This document shows, one piece after another, positions 50,767-64,000 of a DNA stretch of 64,000 nt. Both the position numbers and the translations under genes were made by a program. Positions within the stretch are counted from its first letter, which is position 1. Every line of letters begins with the position of its first letter. The notes below the pieces were generated by a model that had not been told where the DNA came from, made no database searches, and saw nothing but the letters and a program-made list of their open reading frames with translations. Location: assembly GCA_001949185.1 (NCBI GenBank), contig BDGG01000009.1:124001-188000 (forward strand). Direction: 5' to 3'. Source of the stretch: Ramazzottius varieornatus. Taxonomy: Eukaryota > Animalia > Tardigrada.

Positions 50767-51867
50767 AGATGTGCCGTGCTGGTTCCCGGCCTTTATGTGT
50801 GGTCAAAAGAACAATACACGGCCTTGTTCTGTGAGCGGTCACCCAAAAATATTTTGCTTCAACTTGGGTAACAAGATGGAGACGCAGCCTGTGAGTCAAA
50901 GGCGGCATCGGAAGGCTGAGAGGCTTTTATGTGCGCCTATTTATAAACAAGCCCCGTCAGCTCGCAGGGAAGTAGCGTATGGGGCAGTGCAGTGAAGCAC
51001 AATAATATTGCAATCGCCTGATTTGCTCAATATGATCGATGCGGCAATGCGGTCACGGATAACTGACAGTCAGAAGCTATCTTACTTAGTTACATGTTTA
51101 TGGCATGTCCATATCCAACCTCAATGTGCAACTTGTGAATTCCGCTACACAGCTCGCCTTACAGTTAAAGTCGATCGATGGCACAGTGAGGGTATCACGG
51201 CATCAGTGACAAGAACTGACAGCTCTCCTCTTTCCGGTCGCCGCTTCATCCGACCGTCAACCAATCTCCCCCATCTCATCCCTAAATCGGATAGAGCCAC
51301 ATTGGGCACTTGCCAGCCACCCAGCCAGCTCAGGCCAAGCAACGCAAGGCAAATGAAGTGTAGACATCCATCTGTATGTAATATATGCAGCTGCCGCCAT
51401 CAGCCATTAGTATCCAAGAGGTCCAGCTCGGATGAGCTGCTATACTGTCAGTGGATATGATGGCTCACTTATCACTGGCGCAACTTTATCTCACTTAGAA
51501 AGGCCGGAGTGATCCGCTTTCCAGTGAATATATTGGCTCAGCCCATCCAAGACAGCTGTTATTCCCACCACCATACAGATCCGAAATCAAAGCTCTCCAT
51601 CATGCCGTCCTTCTTTTTGCCTCTAATATACTCTAGCTCGTCATGACGACTGGTCGATGCAAGACTGACAAACGTTGACAGCTTGTTTAAACTGAGAGCC
51701 TGCAGAGCTTTCGTCTCCTTGTAACTCTTCGGTCATCTGATAGCCTCCCTTCCCACAGAGATAACGAACGATGTTTGCTTGAGAAATCCCCCAAAGACAC
51801 TCTTCCCTCGTGTACGTGACGGCAGAAGACCGTATTACCATGTCCCGCTGTCCAAGCTTAGAAAAAC

Positions 51868-51978
51868 GGAAAGCCGGCAAATGAAGCGAACAAGATCCTA
51901 AGTGGCGCAGGTTTACAGCTAATACCAATGGAAAGTGCGCCACTGGGAGTCTTGCACGTTTCGTTCACCAAGCTCTCA
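51868..51978. mobile_element. Palindromic MITE family, one-unit copy
   Basis: AAGTGGCGCAG...GTGCGCCACT. Confidence 0.6.
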
Positions 51979-53126
51979 AATCTTAAATATAAAGTATAGC
52001 TAAGATTGTTACGGAACTACTGTTGCCAAAACTCTTGGGCGTTTCACAATCGTTCAGTGTACGGGCGAGCTCATACGGATTGTTTTATCAGCTTCTTGGA
52101 GGGACAGGCGATTTCGAGCTGCGTTCTCCGAGTTCTGCGAGGAACTCTGGCTGTAAACTGGCGCACTACGTGATGCACGTGTGCAAAACATGATGCATCG
52201 AAACGACGGCCAAAGGCAATAGCGATGTTGCAGCGAAGAGCTCTCAATCTGTGGTCTCGAAAACGTTCTTCAGTACAGCCGGGCACACTGAAGAAAGTGT
52301 ATGTACAGGGTGTTAACCGTATGTGTATACACACAAAGTATCCAATGCGCGAAATAAGACACTTGTTCGACAGAGGCAGGCGTAAAAAGTCCATATATCT
52401 TGGCGCCGGCTTTAAATGGGGCTCGGGTGCTGTACAAGTGTGGGGTGGCAGACACCACCACCATTGGCTGCTCTGTCGGCCATTATTTAGCCAGTAATGC
52501 CTGATGGGCCGCCTCGGCTGACGTACCATTTGTCGCGCCGACCGGTTATAGCCGCGCTACTGCTGGGTGCCCAAGGCGAAGAAATTGGCAAAGAGCGAGT
52601 GAGAAGCTTCACGCCAAAACTTGCCACAGCCACCATACCAATATAGCACCCATAGTGTACTGACAAACACTGAAATCCCAGCGGCCGTCATATTAAGACT
52701 TTGCCAACGCTACATCTCTCTTCTTGCCACTGACTAATGCTACCTTCGCACCTTTCCATTGCCCGTACAACAGCTTTATATATTTTGCCCTGTCGAGCGT
52801 TTTTGTGTGCCATACTCTACAGAGCTGTACCCACCATTGTATGGCTGCGCCGTTAAGCCCTGTCCTAACTTGACTTGATAGACTTTGTGTTGTAATTGCT
52901 ATTGTCACTTGATGAGCCTTTCACGCCATAGGCAACACATTCTGGGTCGCACTTTCCAACTGGCGCACTATTGCCACTTCCTTTCCTTCGATCGCTGCAG
53001 CTGGGCCACAGTCTGTGGTAGGGGGGATTTGCATCCCCTTCACGCTCATTGCCCATCCATTAATCACCTGATAATGACTCTGCGTACCGTCTGTTGAATC
53101 AGAAGAACCAGTACTCGCCTTCCAGG

Positions 53127-63668
<10,542 letters not shown>

Positions 63669-64000
63669 TGGCTCATATAGGCACTTATTTTGAGTTATGT
63701 GTCATGTAGCACAAGAATTCAACTCAATCCCCGATGATGTTTTGAATCGTCACGCTCTATTGTATTAGTGGTCTATCAAGCATATAATAGTCTTCTTCAG
63801 ATGCATTAATTCTGACGAGAACGTAAATCTTTAAAAGCACGTTGAAAGCGTAAGCCATTTGGTAATGTTAAGGGAAGTGAAGACTCAGAGCTCGAACGTG
63901 GGCGTTTCAGGGGCGACGCTAATAGCCGCTGCCTTGGTGGTAGATACGGCGGTAGTTGCAGGCCCAACGCGGCTCTTACTCTTCTCCTCTCCCCGACAAA

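Overview
Eukaryotic (animal) genomic DNA with short GT-AG introns and three 50-N gaps; no prokaryotic features. Compact genes and an intronless orphan GPCR with an NRI motif suggest an invertebrate, possibly a tardigrade (inference only). Genes in order: several orphan spliced ORFs, a divergent HP1-like protein, a RhoA-like GTPase, an unusual double-domain PPCDC/HAL3 flavoprotein, a class-A GPCR, an adenylate-kinase-like protein, a Draper/CED-1/MEGF10 receptor, MED19, BCAS3, FANCJ/BRIP1 and Tbx2/3 (omb). Main findings: (1) the PPCDC gene encodes two fused, reciprocally degenerate domains, one keeping the FMN/Asn/Cys motifs but lacking the catalytic His segment and the other keeping only the His segment, i.e. 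a candidate single-chain version of yeast Cab3+Hal3 complementation; (2) BCAS3-BRIP1-Tbx2/3 linkage mirrors human 17q23; (3) tandem in-frame splice donors in the T-box sit at the TBX3+2a insertion point; (4) about 25 copies of a modular palindromic MITE (AAGTGGCGCAC...GTGCGCCACTT core), one interrupted by a Tc4/Tc5-like long-TIR element at a CTTAG site. Exon boundaries were read by eye and repeat coordinates are approximate.
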